From Oscillospiraceae bacterium (GTDB lineage Bacteria; Bacillota; Clostridia; Oscillospirales; Ruminococcaceae), in assembly GCA_003531585.1 (NCBI GenBank), contig DQFX01000060.1, positions 63,320 through 127,319 on the forward strand: a stretch of DNA of 64,000 nt, given 5' to 3'. Positions 27,059 through 36,325 of the stretch are shown here, one piece after another. The notes below the pieces were generated by a model, which saw only the letters and a list, made by a program, of their open reading frames with translations, searched no databases and was not told where the DNA came from. How positions within the stretch are numbered: position 1 is the stretch's first letter; every line of letters begins with the position of its first letter. Position numbers and translations under genes: made by a program.

Positions 27059-28660
27059 CTGCTTTTTGCGTGTATATACCGGCTCGTTTCGCCGGTTTAC
27101 CGGAGTTTTTTTATGCTTCAGAGCCTGAGCAGCGCGTTTCTCGGCGGCTATGCGTTCCCGCTCTGCGCGTATCTCCTCAAGGCGCTGCTTACTCTTTTCC
27201 GCCATGTCGAGAAGCATGAGCTTGTTGTTGAAGCTCGGCTTGTCGAGCACCATGTCGAACAGCGCGTTGATAAGCTGTTCGGCTTCCTGTTCGTTTGTTA
27301 CCAGGCGGCGCTCCATAAGCTCGCGCTGCGTTATCGCCAGCTGGCGGATATTGTAGCACTCGCCGGTGTCCAGTATCTCGCGCAGCGCTGCCGCGGCAGC
27401 CCTCAGCCGCTGGACGTCAGGCGTTTCCGTATCGAGCTTTTTCGCGCGGGAATCCGCAATTTCGCATTGTATCAGCTTTCGTAGATCCTCCGCGCCGAGC
27501 GCGTCAAGAAGCCGCTTCAGATCCGCGCGGCTCTCCGGGATCTCCTTGTCGTGGTAGAACACCAGCCAGCTTATTTCCTCAGAAAGCGCCGCCGGGAACT
27601 CCAGCCGCCGCATGATACGCTCCGCGATGAGCCGTCCGCGCTCGCCGTGTCCCTTGAAATGCCCGCGACCCCTGGAATCTATCGCGCAGCAGTCCGGCTT
27701 GCCGAGGTCGTGGAACAGCATTGCGAACCGCACGGGAAGCTCCGGCACCGCGTATCCCACCGACTTGCAGATGTGCGTCCATACGTCAAAATCGTGGTGA
27801 ACGCTGTGCTGATCGAAGCCTATGCAGGGCTCTATCTCGGGTATCAGGAACTTCAGTATGTCGGAGTACTGCTCCAGCACCCGGGCGGCGTATTTTCCCA
27901 TCACGATGCGGGATAGTTCGCTGAACAGCTTGCCTTTTTCGGCGTATTCGAAGCAGCTCACGTTAGCGCGGATAGCGTCCCGGGTCTTGTCCTCGATGAC
28001 GTACTCGCCCTCGGAGCAGTAGCGTATCGCCTGGAGTATCCTGGACGGGTCGGAGGTGAAGCAGCGCGACATGTCGTACCAGGTCTCTGTGACGGTTTTG
28101 CCGTTTTCCTTGACGCTGCGGGTCTGGTTCTCGCCGATGGCTATTACCCGGGCTGGGAGCCGCGTGACCCCCTTGCGGCGGGTCAGCTCGTCAGGGTCTT
28201 CCGGAACCTTCAGTTCGGCGATCTCCTCTTTTTCTTCCTCCTCGACGGCCTCCGGAGATGGACGCAGCGAGGCTCTTCCTCCGAACGGGTCGATAAGCCC
28301 TGAGCGCGGACTGTACGCCATCGCGTTCATCGTGAATCCCCGGCGGAAAAGATCAGTCTCGAGATCCTCCGCATAGATAACGCGGTTGCCTACCACCTCG
28401 CGGCGGTAGGGCGAGATCTGGATTATCATGCCGACAACGGTGACAAGTATCTCACCGCGTTTCATTCCCTCGTCAGAAATACGGTAATCCCTGAACGCGA
28501 AAAGGATATCGTTTATCCCCGCGTTGGTGACTATATCGTAATCCTGCGGGTCGCTGCCGAGGAGCAGCTCCCGCACGCACTCGCCTACTATATATGCGTC
28601 ATATCCCGATTTTTCCAGGACGTCTATCGCTTTAGTGACCTGTTCCGGCAAAATGATCAT
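27056..28660 (-). CDS. cca: tRNA nucleotidyltransferase (CCA-adding)/poly(A) polymerase family protein with an HD domain and an acidic insertion.
   Basis: PolyA-pol head domain (GGCVRDLLLG-like GECVRELLLGSDPQDYDIVT) and an HD motif region. ATG 28660 has the best GGAG spacing; the ORF extends to 28669. Confidence 0.7.
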   Translation of the reverse strand: MIILPEQVTKAIDVLEKSGYDAYIVGECVRELLLGSDPQDYDIVTNAGINDILFAFRDYRISDEGMKRGEILVTVVGMIIQISPYRREVVGNRVIYAEDLETDLFRRGFTMNAMAYSPRSGLIDPFGGRASLRPSPEAVEEEEKEEIAELKVPEDPDELTRRKGVTRLPARVIAIGENQTRSVKENGKTVTETWYDMSRCFTSDPSRILQAIRYCSEGEYVIEDKTRDAIRANVSCFEYAEKGKLFSELSRIVMGKYAARVLEQYSDILKFLIPEIEPCIGFDQHSVHHDFDVWTHICKSVGYAVPELPVRFAMLFHDLGKPDCCAIDSRGRGHFKGHGERGRLIAERIMRRLEFPAALSEEISWLVFYHDKEIPESRADLKRLLDALGAEDLRKLIQCEIADSRAKKLDTETPDVQRLRAAAAALREILDTGECYNIRQLAITQRELMERRLVTNEQEAEQLINALFDMVLDKPSFNNKLMLLDMAEKSKQRLEEIRAERERIAAEKRAAQALKHKKTPVNRRNEPVYTRKKQ

Positions 28661-28732
28661 CGTCATCACTCCAATTTATTGCTTTATACTATTATACAAC
28701 AATATATGCAAAAAATCAAGAGAGGGGACGAT

Positions 28733-29251
28733 TTATCCGATCAGTGCGCTGACGGTCAGTCCGCAGACTATCCAGGCGGTGCAGTCGGCGGCGAGGGCGG
28801 CTGGGATAGCGTAGCGGGTGTTTTTCACCCTGACCGCCGAGAAGTATACCGCGACCGTATAGAACGTAGTTTCCGAGGAGCCGAGCAGCACTGCGGCGAC
28901 TCTTCCGGGGAAGCTGTCCGCGCCGTACTGTGCGGCGATGCCGTCGTAGACAGCGATGGCTCCGCTGCCGGAGAACGGCCGCAGCAGCACCATCTGCATG
29001 CACTCCGGCGGGAATCCCACAAGATTGCAGAGCGGCTCCAGAAGCCCGGTGAGAAGCTCCACCGCCCCGGAAGCGCGGAGCATTCCGACGCTGACGAGCA
29101 GCAGCACCAGAGCCGGGAGTATATCCACGGTGGTTTTAATGCCGCCTGCGGCTCCTTCGCAGAACGCAGGGAACACGTCCACTCTGCGCACGGCGCCGAA
29201 GATCATGACCCCTGCGAACAGCAGTGGGACTACAAAATCAGTTATCTGCAC
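28733..29251 (-). CDS. spmB: Spore maturation protein B.
   Basis: Nucleoside-recognition/Gate-domain membrane protein of SpmB type; overlaps spmA by 14 nt. Confidence 0.75.
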   Translation of the reverse strand: MQITDFVVPLLFAGVMIFGAVRRVDVFPAFCEGAAGGIKTTVDILPALVLLLVSVGMLRASGAVELLTGLLEPLCNLVGFPPECMQMVLLRPFSGSGAIAVYDGIAAQYGADSFPGRVAAVLLGSSETTFYTVAVYFSAVRVKNTRYAIPAALAADCTAWIVCGLTVSALIG

Positions 29252-29849
29252 GCCGCACCTTCTTCCTGGAAAAATGCCCGAACAGCTTTGCCGCGCCCAC
29301 CGAAGCCGCCAGGGAATACGCCGATACGATCCACACGCAGGGGAGTATTTCCATCGGTCGGGCGGCTCCGTGGGCGGTCATGAGCGCCGCGGCGGTCGCC
29401 GGAATGAGCTGAAGGCTCGCTGTGTTCAGGACGGTCAGCATTATCATGTTGTCGCTTGCGGAGCCGTCGGAGACACCGGAGCCGCCCTCCTCTTCCTGTA
29501 TCGCTTCCATCGCGCGGATACCAAGCGGTGTGGTCGCGTTTCCAAGTCCGAGGATATTCGCCGAGAGATTCATGCAGATGAGCTGCGCGGCGCGTCCGCC
29601 CTTTTCCAGTCCCCGGAACAGCCACACTACTGCCGGAGAAAGCACAGCCGACAGCAGCTTCACCGCCCCGGCTTCCTCCGCGACCTTCATCAGACCGCTC
29701 CAGAGAGCCATGGCTCCGCACAGAGTCAGCGCCAGTGTGACCGCACCGGAGGCGCTCTCCAGAACCGCCGCCGAGACCTCCGGCAGCCGTCCGGTGAATA
29801 TCCCGCAGACTATCGCTGCGGCGGGCAGTATCATCAGAATATATTTCAT
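29238..29849 (-). CDS. spmA: Spore maturation protein A.
   Basis: SpmA-type membrane protein (LICMNLSANILGLGNATTPLGIRAMEA). Confidence 0.75.
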   Translation of the reverse strand: MKYILMILPAAAIVCGIFTGRLPEVSAAVLESASGAVTLALTLCGAMALWSGLMKVAEEAGAVKLLSAVLSPAVVWLFRGLEKGGRAAQLICMNLSANILGLGNATTPLGIRAMEAIQEEEGGSGVSDGSASDNMIMLTVLNTASLQLIPATAAALMTAHGAARPMEILPCVWIVSAYSLAASVGAAKLFGHFSRKKVRRADN

Positions 29850-30101
29850 ATCTTACCAGCTCCTTGTGTAATATGGGTTTTGTATCATCAGATTTAAAAT
29901 AATTTTCCAAATTTCCATACTGGATTCTATATCACTAATTTATTTCCAGTTGACTATGTGATATTATATAAGTTGAAATTCTGCATAACAAACGTATTTG
30001 CGATGATATACACCATTTGATATATTATCAAACTGACACTTTTGTAAATCAAAATATGTAGTAAAATGGACAAAAAATGACAAAATTATGCATTTTTCAA
30101 A

Positions 30102-30130
30102 TTGACATCTCAAACAAAACATGGTATAAT
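30102..30130 (+). promoter_or_regulatory. Consensus promoter upstream of abrB, within a 390-bp AT-rich regulatory region.
   Basis: TTGACA, 17-nt spacer, TATAAT. Confidence 0.55.
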
Positions 30131-30237
30131 GTGCAAGAAATCAGCAATATGCTGGAAAAAACGGTGAATAAGGACAAAAATTCCTGCCTGCGCATACCAG
30201 AATTTGGCGCGGCAGACAATTTCAGGAGGAAAAAATC

Positions 30238-30486
30238 ATGGTAAAGTCTACAGGTATTGTAAGAAAAGTTGATGAGCTGGGAAGAATCGTAATTCCGATA
30301 GAGCTGAGAAGAACTCTCGACATCGGCATCAAGGACAGCCTTGAGATCTACGTTGAGGACGATCAGATCATTCTCAAGAAGTACATGCCGGCATGCGCTT
30401 TCTGCTCCAATGCAAGCGGCATCACAGTATTCAAGGGCAAGAACATCTGCTCCGAGTGCCTCTCAGAGCTCAACAAACTCAATTGA
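30238..30486 (+). CDS. abrB: AbrB family transition-state regulator.
   Basis: MVKSTGIVRKVDELGRIVIPIELRRTLDIGIKDSLEIYVEDDQIILKKY is nearly identical to the Bacillus AbrB N-domain; the C-terminus carries CAFC...CSEC. Confidence 0.85.
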   Translation: MVKSTGIVRKVDELGRIVIPIELRRTLDIGIKDSLEIYVEDDQIILKKYMPACAFCSNASGITVFKGKNICSECLSELNKLN

Positions 30487-30669
30487 TCTACATAATCACA
30501 GCCTTAAAGCCTCGGCGCAATAGTGCCGGGGTTTTTCATTTACATGGATATGCCGCCGGCCGGGGCAATATTCCGGAAAAAATCGCGTAAAACACTTGTA
30601 ATTCCTGCCGGAATATGCTATACTAATATTGTATGTGTTTCAAACAACTAAACTAAAAGGAGAATAGAA

Positions 30670-32283
30670 TTGATAACAGTATCTGATGTAAGCGTCAGCT
30701 TCGGCGGACAGCTTCTTTTCAAGGACGTAGACCTGAAATTCACCGCCGGCAACTGCTACGGCGTGATCGGCGCAAACGGAGCCGGAAAATCCACATTCCT
30801 GAAGGTCCTCTGCGGTGACCTCGAGCCTACAAAGGGCAGCGTATCCAAGCCCGCGGAGCTACGCATGTCGGTGCTGCGCCAGGATCACTACGCGTTCGAC
30901 GACTACACCGTGCAGGACACCGTTATCCTCGGCAACAAGCGCCTGTACGACATCATGCAGGAGAAGGACGCGCTCTACGCCAAGGAGGATTTCTCAGAGG
31001 AGGACGGCACCCGCGCTTCCGAGCTGGAGGCCGAGTTCGCAGAGCTGAACGGCTGGGAGGCTGAGTCCGACGCTTCCAAGCTTATCCAGGGTCTGGGTCT
31101 GCCGGAGGAGATTCTCTACCAGAAGATGGATTCCCTGACCGGTAACGAGAAGGTCAAGGTTCTGCTTGCGCAGTGCCTGTTCGGAAACCCCGACATAATC
31201 CTCATGGACGAGCCGACCAACCACCTCGACGTTGAGGCGGTATCCTGGCTGGAGGACTTCCTCGCGGAGTACTTCGGCACGGTCATCGTTGTATCCCACG
31301 ACCGTCACTTCCTTAATAATGTGTGCACCCACATCGTGGATATCGACTACGGAAAGATCAAGATGTACGTCGGCAACTACGAGTTCTGGTACGAATCCTC
31401 ACAGCTCATTCAGCGTATGATAAAGCAGCAGAACAAGCGCGCCGAGGAGAAGATAAAGGAACTCCAGAACTTCATCGCGCGGTTCTCCGCGAACAAGTCG
31501 AAGTCCAAGCAGGCGACCTCCCGCCGCAAGCTCATCGACAAGCTGACCGTCGAGGAGCTTCCCGCTTCCTCCAGAAAGTACCCCTACATCGCGTTCGATA
31601 TGGAGCGCGAGGTCGGCAAGGATATACTCCAGGTCACCGGGCTTTCCAAGACCGTCGACGGCGTGAAGGTGCTCAATAACGTAAGTTTCACAGTAGGCAA
31701 GGGCAACAAGATCGCGTTCGTGGGCAACAACGAGATCGCGGTAACTACGCTGTTCAAGATCCTTATGGAGGAGATGGAGCCGGACGAGGGCACATTCAAG
31801 TGGGGCTCGACCACTTCGGTGAGCTACTTCCCGAACGACAACAGCGCGTTCTTTGATAACTGCCAGCTTTCCATAATCGACTGGATGCGCCAGTACTCCA
31901 AGGACGAGACCGAGAGCTACCTGCGCGGCTTCCTTGGACGCATGCTGTTCAGCGGCGACGATGTTTTCAAGCAGGTGAACGTGCTCTCCGGCGGCGAGAA
32001 GGTACGCTGCATGTTCTCAAGAATGATGCTGTTCCAGAGCAACGTGCTTATCCTCGACCGTCCGACCAACCATCTCGACCTCGAGAGCATCACCGCGGTA
32101 AACAACGGCCTGTCCGAGTTCAAGGGCAACCTGCTGTTCGCTTCCCACGACCACGAGATACTCGAGACCGCGGCTAACCGCATAATCGAGATAACCGAAA
32201 ACGGCTGCCTCGACCGCCAGGGCACGTACGACGACTTCGTTGCATGGCGCCATGAGAACGTCGGCGGAAAGCTCATGCTTTAA
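30670..32283 (+). CDS. ABC-F family ATPase (tandem ABC domains, no TMD; EttA/ribosome-associated type).
   Basis: Two Walker A motifs (GANGAGKST; second domain) and two LSGGE signatures. TTG start after AAAAGGAGAA. Confidence 0.85.
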   Translation: MITVSDVSVSFGGQLLFKDVDLKFTAGNCYGVIGANGAGKSTFLKVLCGDLEPTKGSVSKPAELRMSVLRQDHYAFDDYTVQDTVILGNKRLYDIMQEKDALYAKEDFSEEDGTRASELEAEFAELNGWEAESDASKLIQGLGLPEEILYQKMDSLTGNEKVKVLLAQCLFGNPDIILMDEPTNHLDVEAVSWLEDFLAEYFGTVIVVSHDRHFLNNVCTHIVDIDYGKIKMYVGNYEFWYESSQLIQRMIKQQNKRAEEKIKELQNFIARFSANKSKSKQATSRRKLIDKLTVEELPASSRKYPYIAFDMEREVGKDILQVTGLSKTVDGVKVLNNVSFTVGKGNKIAFVGNNEIAVTTLFKILMEEMEPDEGTFKWGSTTSVSYFPNDNSAFFDNCQLSIIDWMRQYSKDETESYLRGFLGRMLFSGDDVFKQVNVLSGGEKVRCMFSRMMLFQSNVLILDRPTNHLDLESITAVNNGLSEFKGNLLFASHDHEILETAANRIIEITENGCLDRQGTYDDFVAWRHENVGGKLML

Positions 32284-32295
32284 GGGAGCGCGTGA

Positions 32296-33252
32296 ATGTA
32301 CTATATCATACTTGACATGGAGTGGAACCAGGCTCTCGACCGCGCTCATACGGTGGAAAAGCCGGTGCTGCTCCGGGGCGAGATAATCCAGATAGGCGCG
32401 GTGAAGTGCGATGAGGATTTTAACCTTGTCGACCGCCTGAAAATCAACGTAGCGCCGAAGTACTACAAAAAAATGAACCGCCACGTTGAAAAGATCACCG
32501 GGATAACAAACGCCATGCTCGCAAAGGGCGAGAAATTCCCGGAGGCTTTCGCGAAGCTGCGCGAATGGTGCACGCCGGAGTTCCGGTTCATAACCTGGGG
32601 ATTCGACGATATCGCCATGCTCGCCGACAACCTCGAGCTGCACGGGTTCGATCCGCAGTACGGCAGCGATTACGTCAATCTACAGCTTATATACAAGAAT
32701 CAGGTTGACGGCGAGCACGTTCAGTGCTCGCTCTCCGACGCGGTGGAGAAGCTCGGCATTCCGATGGACGCGCAGGCTCACGACGCAATGAACGACGCAT
32801 GGTTTACCTATGAGGTCTGCCGCAGGCTGGACATGAAGAAGGGACTTGCGGAGTACGCAAATATGTCGCCGGGTCAGCGGCCGGTCATCGCGCGGGAGAT
32901 GTTCCGCGATATCAGCGATATCCGCCGTGTGACCTCCGACGGGAAGATAACTTCCGTTCCCTGCCCGGAGTGCGGCAGGACGCTCTCAAACGGCGAGTGG
33001 CTCTCGCTGGGTGCGGTGCGCAAGAATAACATCTGCACCTGCCCGGAGCACGGAGAGTACCTCGTGAAGGTGGTCTGCAAGCGAGCCGCTGCGGACCGCT
33101 GGACTGTGGTGCGCTCGGTGTACCGTTCAGACGACGAGGCGAAGGAGAACTACATCAAGAAGATAGAAAAGCAGCATGCTGCTATAGAGCGCCGCAAGGC
33201 GGCTGAAAAGTCCGCAAAGGAGAACGCACATGATAACAACGGTACTGTTTGA
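32296..33252 (+). CDS. DEDD-family 3'-5' exonuclease with a C-terminal Cys-rich (zinc-ribbon-like) extension.
   Basis: Exo I motif ILDMEWN, Exo III HDAMNDAW, and a C-terminal CPECG...CTCPEHG. Confidence 0.7.
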   Translation: MYYIILDMEWNQALDRAHTVEKPVLLRGEIIQIGAVKCDEDFNLVDRLKINVAPKYYKKMNRHVEKITGITNAMLAKGEKFPEAFAKLREWCTPEFRFITWGFDDIAMLADNLELHGFDPQYGSDYVNLQLIYKNQVDGEHVQCSLSDAVEKLGIPMDAQAHDAMNDAWFTYEVCRRLDMKKGLAEYANMSPGQRPVIAREMFRDISDIRRVTSDGKITSVPCPECGRTLSNGEWLSLGAVRKNNICTCPEHGEYLVKVVCKRAAADRWTVVRSVYRSDDEAKENYIKKIEKQHAAIERRKAAEKSAKENAHDNNGTV

Positions 33253-33934
33253 CCTTGATGGCACCCTGCTCCCGTTCGAGCAGGACGATTTCGTGAAGAT
33301 ATATTTCAGCGAGCTTTGCAGGAAGCTGGCTCCGATGGGATACGAGCCGCAGCACACTGTGAAATCAGTGTGGGGCGGAACTAAGGCGATGGTTATGAAC
33401 GACGGCAGCCGTCTCAATTCCGAGGCGTTCTGGGAGACATTTAACGCGATGAATCCCGGGCTTCCGGACGCACGTCCTGCCTGCGACGAGTTCTACACGC
33501 ACGAGTTCGAAAAGGCAAAGGCGAGCCTTAAATACATACCCGACCACAGACCGATGATAGAGCGCCTGAAATCCGCAGGGCTGCGGGTAGTCCTCGCCAC
33601 GAACCCCATATTTCCGCTGGACGGCGTGCGCACCCGCATGGCGTGGGTGAACCTCGCTCCGGAGGATTTCGGGCTTGTGACATGGTACGACAACAGCACG
33701 TTCTGCAAGCCGAATCCGAAGTACTATCAGGAGATACTCGGCAAGATAGGAGCGGCTCCGGAGGAGTGCATAATGGTCGGCAACAGCGTTTCCGAGGACA
33801 TGTCAGCCGGAACGCTCGGTATGGACGTGTTCCTTGCAAACGAGTTCGTTGAGAATCCCGACAGCCGGGACTACAGCGGATACCGCCAGGGCAGCCTTGA
33901 CGACGCGGAACGATACATTCTGGAGAACAGGTAA
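33230..33934 (+). CDS. HAD superfamily hydrolase.
   Basis: Motif I VLFDLDGTL; overlaps the upstream exonuclease gene by 23 nt. Confidence 0.75.
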   Translation: MITTVLFDLDGTLLPFEQDDFVKIYFSELCRKLAPMGYEPQHTVKSVWGGTKAMVMNDGSRLNSEAFWETFNAMNPGLPDARPACDEFYTHEFEKAKASLKYIPDHRPMIERLKSAGLRVVLATNPIFPLDGVRTRMAWVNLAPEDFGLVTWYDNSTFCKPNPKYYQEILGKIGAAPEECIMVGNSVSEDMSAGTLGMDVFLANEFVENPDSRDYSGYRQGSLDDAERYILENR

Positions 33935-33976
33935 ATTACCCCGGAAAGACCTTCCCGCAGTGCCAGAATCTTTGCA

Positions 33977-34005
33977 TTGAAATATACCGCCTGATGGGGT
34001 ATAAT
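33977..34005 (+). promoter_or_regulatory. Consensus promoter of the small Cys-peptide gene.
   Basis: TTGAAA, exact 17-nt spacer, TATAAT; 42 nt upstream of the start codon. Confidence 0.55.
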
Positions 34006-34047
34006 TTTAATATCCCCCGAGGGGAAATTCATCAGGAGGTAAAAATC

Positions 34048-34128
34048 ATGTTCAATTTCTTTAAGGCATGCAGCTTTGACCAGCTCTGCGAGATGCTCAG
34101 AGCAATCTGCGGCGGCTACGGCTGCTAA
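34048..34128 (+). CDS. Small Cys-rich peptide of 26 aa (MFNFFKACSFDQLCEMLRAICGGYGC) with its own promoter, RBS and terminator.
   Basis: AGGAGG RBS 8 nt upstream of ATG; four Cys (C8, C14, C21, C26); TAA stop. Not in the ORF track because it is under 60 aa. Confidence 0.5.
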   Translation: MFNFFKACSFDQLCEMLRAICGGYGC

Positions 34129-34189
34129 TGGGGGAGCTTTCTCCATGACAGTTTAGTTCTGACGTAATTCAGCCGGTACATAGGCTGGA

Positions 34190-34224
34190 GGCCCGGGGGT
34201 AAAACTCCGGGTCTTTTTATTTAT
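34190..34224 (+). terminator. Weak terminator or attenuator between the peptide gene and the downstream membrane-protein gene.
   Basis: Stem cccgg/ccggg followed by tctttttattta. Confidence 0.4.
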
Positions 34225-34240
34225 GGTAAGGGGGGAGCGT

Positions 34241-35197
34241 ATGGAACGCCTGCTGAAATTCCTGCATAAGCTGTGGAACCGCGCTCAGCCCGGGCTGAAG
34301 CGCGCGTTTTTGCTGCCCCCGAAGGTGATAGCGGTGCTGGTTCCTACGACGATGGTGCTGTGCATCGCGGCGCTGAATACCCAGGGAAAGCACCCGGTGC
34401 TTGAAATGCTCATCTACCTTGCCTCGGCGTACGCGCTGGCGGTGCTGGTGGCGGGTCTCGGGAGCATTACCGAGGCAGCGGCGCGGCTGCTCCATGGGAG
34501 CCGGGTCTACCGCTGGGCGCAGAGCAACACGATTGCCCGGCTGTTCATCAGCGACTTCCGGTTTCGCGGGGAGCTTTCGCTGTATCAGGGACTTGCGGTC
34601 AGCACGCTGTTCGCGGTTTTCAAGGGAGTCACCGCGGTGCTGTACCGCTCGGCGTGGCTCGGAGCCGTGGCGGTGTATTACATAAGCTTCGGAGTTACCA
34701 GGCTGCTGCTTGTCCGGAGCTGGCGCGCCTCGCAGAAGCTGGAGAGCGAGGACGGCCGCCGCGCCCGGGAGCTTCGCGGAAGCAGGCAGTGCGGCTGTCT
34801 TATGCTGGCGGTGCATTCCGGAATGATGGGAATGGCGGTTCAGCTCATCAACGAGGAGCATATCATAGTCTACCCCGGCTCGGTAATTTACATCACGGCG
34901 GCGTACTCGTTCTACATACTGACCCTGTCGATCGTGAATCTGGTGAAGTTCCGGCGGCTGAACAGCCCGGTGCTTTCCGCTTCAAAGGCGCTGAATTTCG
35001 CGGGGGCGCTGATGTCGGTTTTCAACCTTGAAAACGCGATGACATCCCGGTTCAGCACGGACGTGGAGTTTCGCCGTATCATGAACACTGCGGTGGGGCT
35101 TACGGTGTGCCTCCTGGAGCTGGCAACGGCGGTTTTCATTATAGTGCGTTCTCAGCTCTGCCTGAAAAAGATGGAGGAAAAGCAGTCCTGCACTTGA
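34241..35197 (+). CDS. Uncharacterised polytopic membrane protein (318 aa, about 8 TM helices).
   Basis: Multiple hydrophobic helices; ATG 34241 after AAGGGGGGAG. The ORF extends upstream to 34223. Confidence 0.55.
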   Translation: MERLLKFLHKLWNRAQPGLKRAFLLPPKVIAVLVPTTMVLCIAALNTQGKHPVLEMLIYLASAYALAVLVAGLGSITEAAARLLHGSRVYRWAQSNTIARLFISDFRFRGELSLYQGLAVSTLFAVFKGVTAVLYRSAWLGAVAVYYISFGVTRLLLVRSWRASQKLESEDGRRARELRGSRQCGCLMLAVHSGMMGMAVQLINEEHIIVYPGSVIYITAAYSFYILTLSIVNLVKFRRLNSPVLSASKALNFAGALMSVFNLENAMTSRFSTDVEFRRIMNTAVGLTVCLLELATAVFIIVRSQLCLKKMEEKQSCT

Positions 35198-35212
35198 CAA
35201 ATGCGGCGTTTT
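35184..35212 (+). promoter_or_regulatory. Promoter of the yjfB-like gene.
   Basis: TTGACA, 17-nt spacer, TATATT. Confidence 0.45.
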
Positions 35213-35262
35213 GTGATATATTGTAGTTGCAGATATGAAGTCTGCGAAAGGAGGGCTGTTTC

Positions 35263-35448
35263 ATGGAGCTTGATATTGCTGCTCTGTCCATGAATATGGC
35301 AGCGGCTAACCTTCAGCAGGGCGTTTCCATCGGCATGATGAAGAAAACGATGGAGTCCACCCAGCAGGCCATGGAGACCATCACCGATATGCTGGACAGC
35401 ATGCCTTCCCCTGACGGAAAGGGTACTGTGCTCAATGTCAGAGCATGA
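35263..35448 (+). CDS. YjfB-family putative motility protein.
   Basis: MELDIAALSMNMAAANLQQGVSIGMMKKTMESTQQ matches the YjfB pattern MDIAALSMSMSQAQ...SVMKMAMD. Confidence 0.7.
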   Translation: MELDIAALSMNMAAANLQQGVSIGMMKKTMESTQQAMETITDMLDSMPSPDGKGTVLNVRA

Positions 35449-35458
35449 CGGACAGACC

Positions 35459-35490
35459 TGGGCCGCCCAGAAATGGGCGGTATTTTTTTG
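35459..35490 (+). terminator. Terminator after the yjfB-like gene.
   Basis: Hairpin gccgccca gaaa tgggcggt followed by attttttt. Confidence 0.55.
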
Positions 35491-35508
35491 ACGCACAAAG
35501 AGGTAATT

Positions 35509-36057
35509 ATGGACGCAATAACGCAGTTTGACTTGAATATACTCCACTCAATACACGAGGGTATCTCCTGCGGATTCCTCGACGCCGTGTTCCCGAAGCT
35601 CACGCTGCTTTGCTACCTGTTTATCGGCGCGGCGGTGGTGTTCCTGTTTTTCAGGAAGTTCCGGCAGGGCGGCGCTGCGATGTGCGGCGCGATACTTCTG
35701 TCGCTGCTGGTGGGGAATCTCCTGCTGAAAAACCTCGTCGCCAGGGACCGCCCCTGTTGGATAGACCCGGATTTTTTACAGCTCCTGGTATCGGTGCCTA
35801 AGGACTTCTCGTTCCCCTCGGCGCATACCATGATATCTGTTTCTGCCGCGGCGGCGCTGTTCCACTACAGCAAAGCGCTTGGGATACCGGCACTTGTCAT
35901 CGCGGCTCTGGTTGGATTTTCGCGGCTGTACCTGTTCGTACATTTTCCGACGGACGTGCTTGTGGGCGCGGTCATCGGAGTCCTTCTTGCCGTTGTTTCG
36001 TGTATCGTCACGGACAAAATCGTGGCAAGGATAAAGAGCAAAAAGGCAGTCAACTGA
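35509..36057 (+). CDS. PAP2 family phosphatase (undecaprenyl-diphosphatase/PgpB-like).
   Basis: PAP2 motifs KxxxxRDRP, PSAH and SRLYLFVHFPTD. ATG 35509 after AAAGAGG; the ORF extends to 35473. Confidence 0.8.
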   Translation: MDAITQFDLNILHSIHEGISCGFLDAVFPKLTLLCYLFIGAAVVFLFFRKFRQGGAAMCGAILLSLLVGNLLLKNLVARDRPCWIDPDFLQLLVSVPKDFSFPSAHTMISVSAAAALFHYSKALGIPALVIAALVGFSRLYLFVHFPTDVLVGAVIGVLLAVVSCIVTDKIVARIKSKKAVN

Positions 36058-36239
36058 TTTTACCGAACAGCTTCCGGAAGGAGGCTGTTTTCGCTTTACA
36101 GGCGGTTTGAATAGGAACAGCGCACGCTTGATTCGGAATTGTTGTGCTCTGGCTGTTTTCCAATTGTATCAGGTTTAATTCCGGCAGATAAGCCGCAAAA
36201 TCGGACTTTAAAAATCTCAAACAAAATATTCCTTTCCTA

Positions 36240-36268
36240 TTGACAAAACCTTCCTGCTGTGGTATAAT
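36240..36268 (+). promoter_or_regulatory. Consensus promoter of the SPFH operon.
   Basis: TTGACA, 17-nt spacer, TATAAT, followed by an imperfect palindrome tcgagatatca aaa tgatatcatttcga. Confidence 0.5.
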
Positions 36269-36325
36269 CAAATCGAGATATCAAAATGATATCATTTCGA
36301 GCACGCTGTAACGGGAGGTATTGAC

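Noticed and set aside
27038-28376. Multiple 60-150-aa plus-strand ORFs inside the CCA-enzyme gene.
   Set aside because: Ser/Arg-rich shadow frames within a gene that has clear nucleotidyltransferase and HD motifs.
30238-30486. C-terminal CxxC...CxxC in AbrB as a novel zinc-ribbon fusion.
   Set aside because: As far as I recall, clostridial AbrB homologs commonly carry such a Cys-rich C-terminal segment, so this is probably the standard lineage form.
34048-34128. The 26-aa Cys peptide as a SCIFF-type, sactipeptide or TOMM precursor.
   Set aside because: No radical-SAM or cyclodehydratase maturase gene is adjacent, the sequence does not match the SCIFF consensus, and only four Cys are present. 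It is kept as an unassigned small-peptide finding instead.
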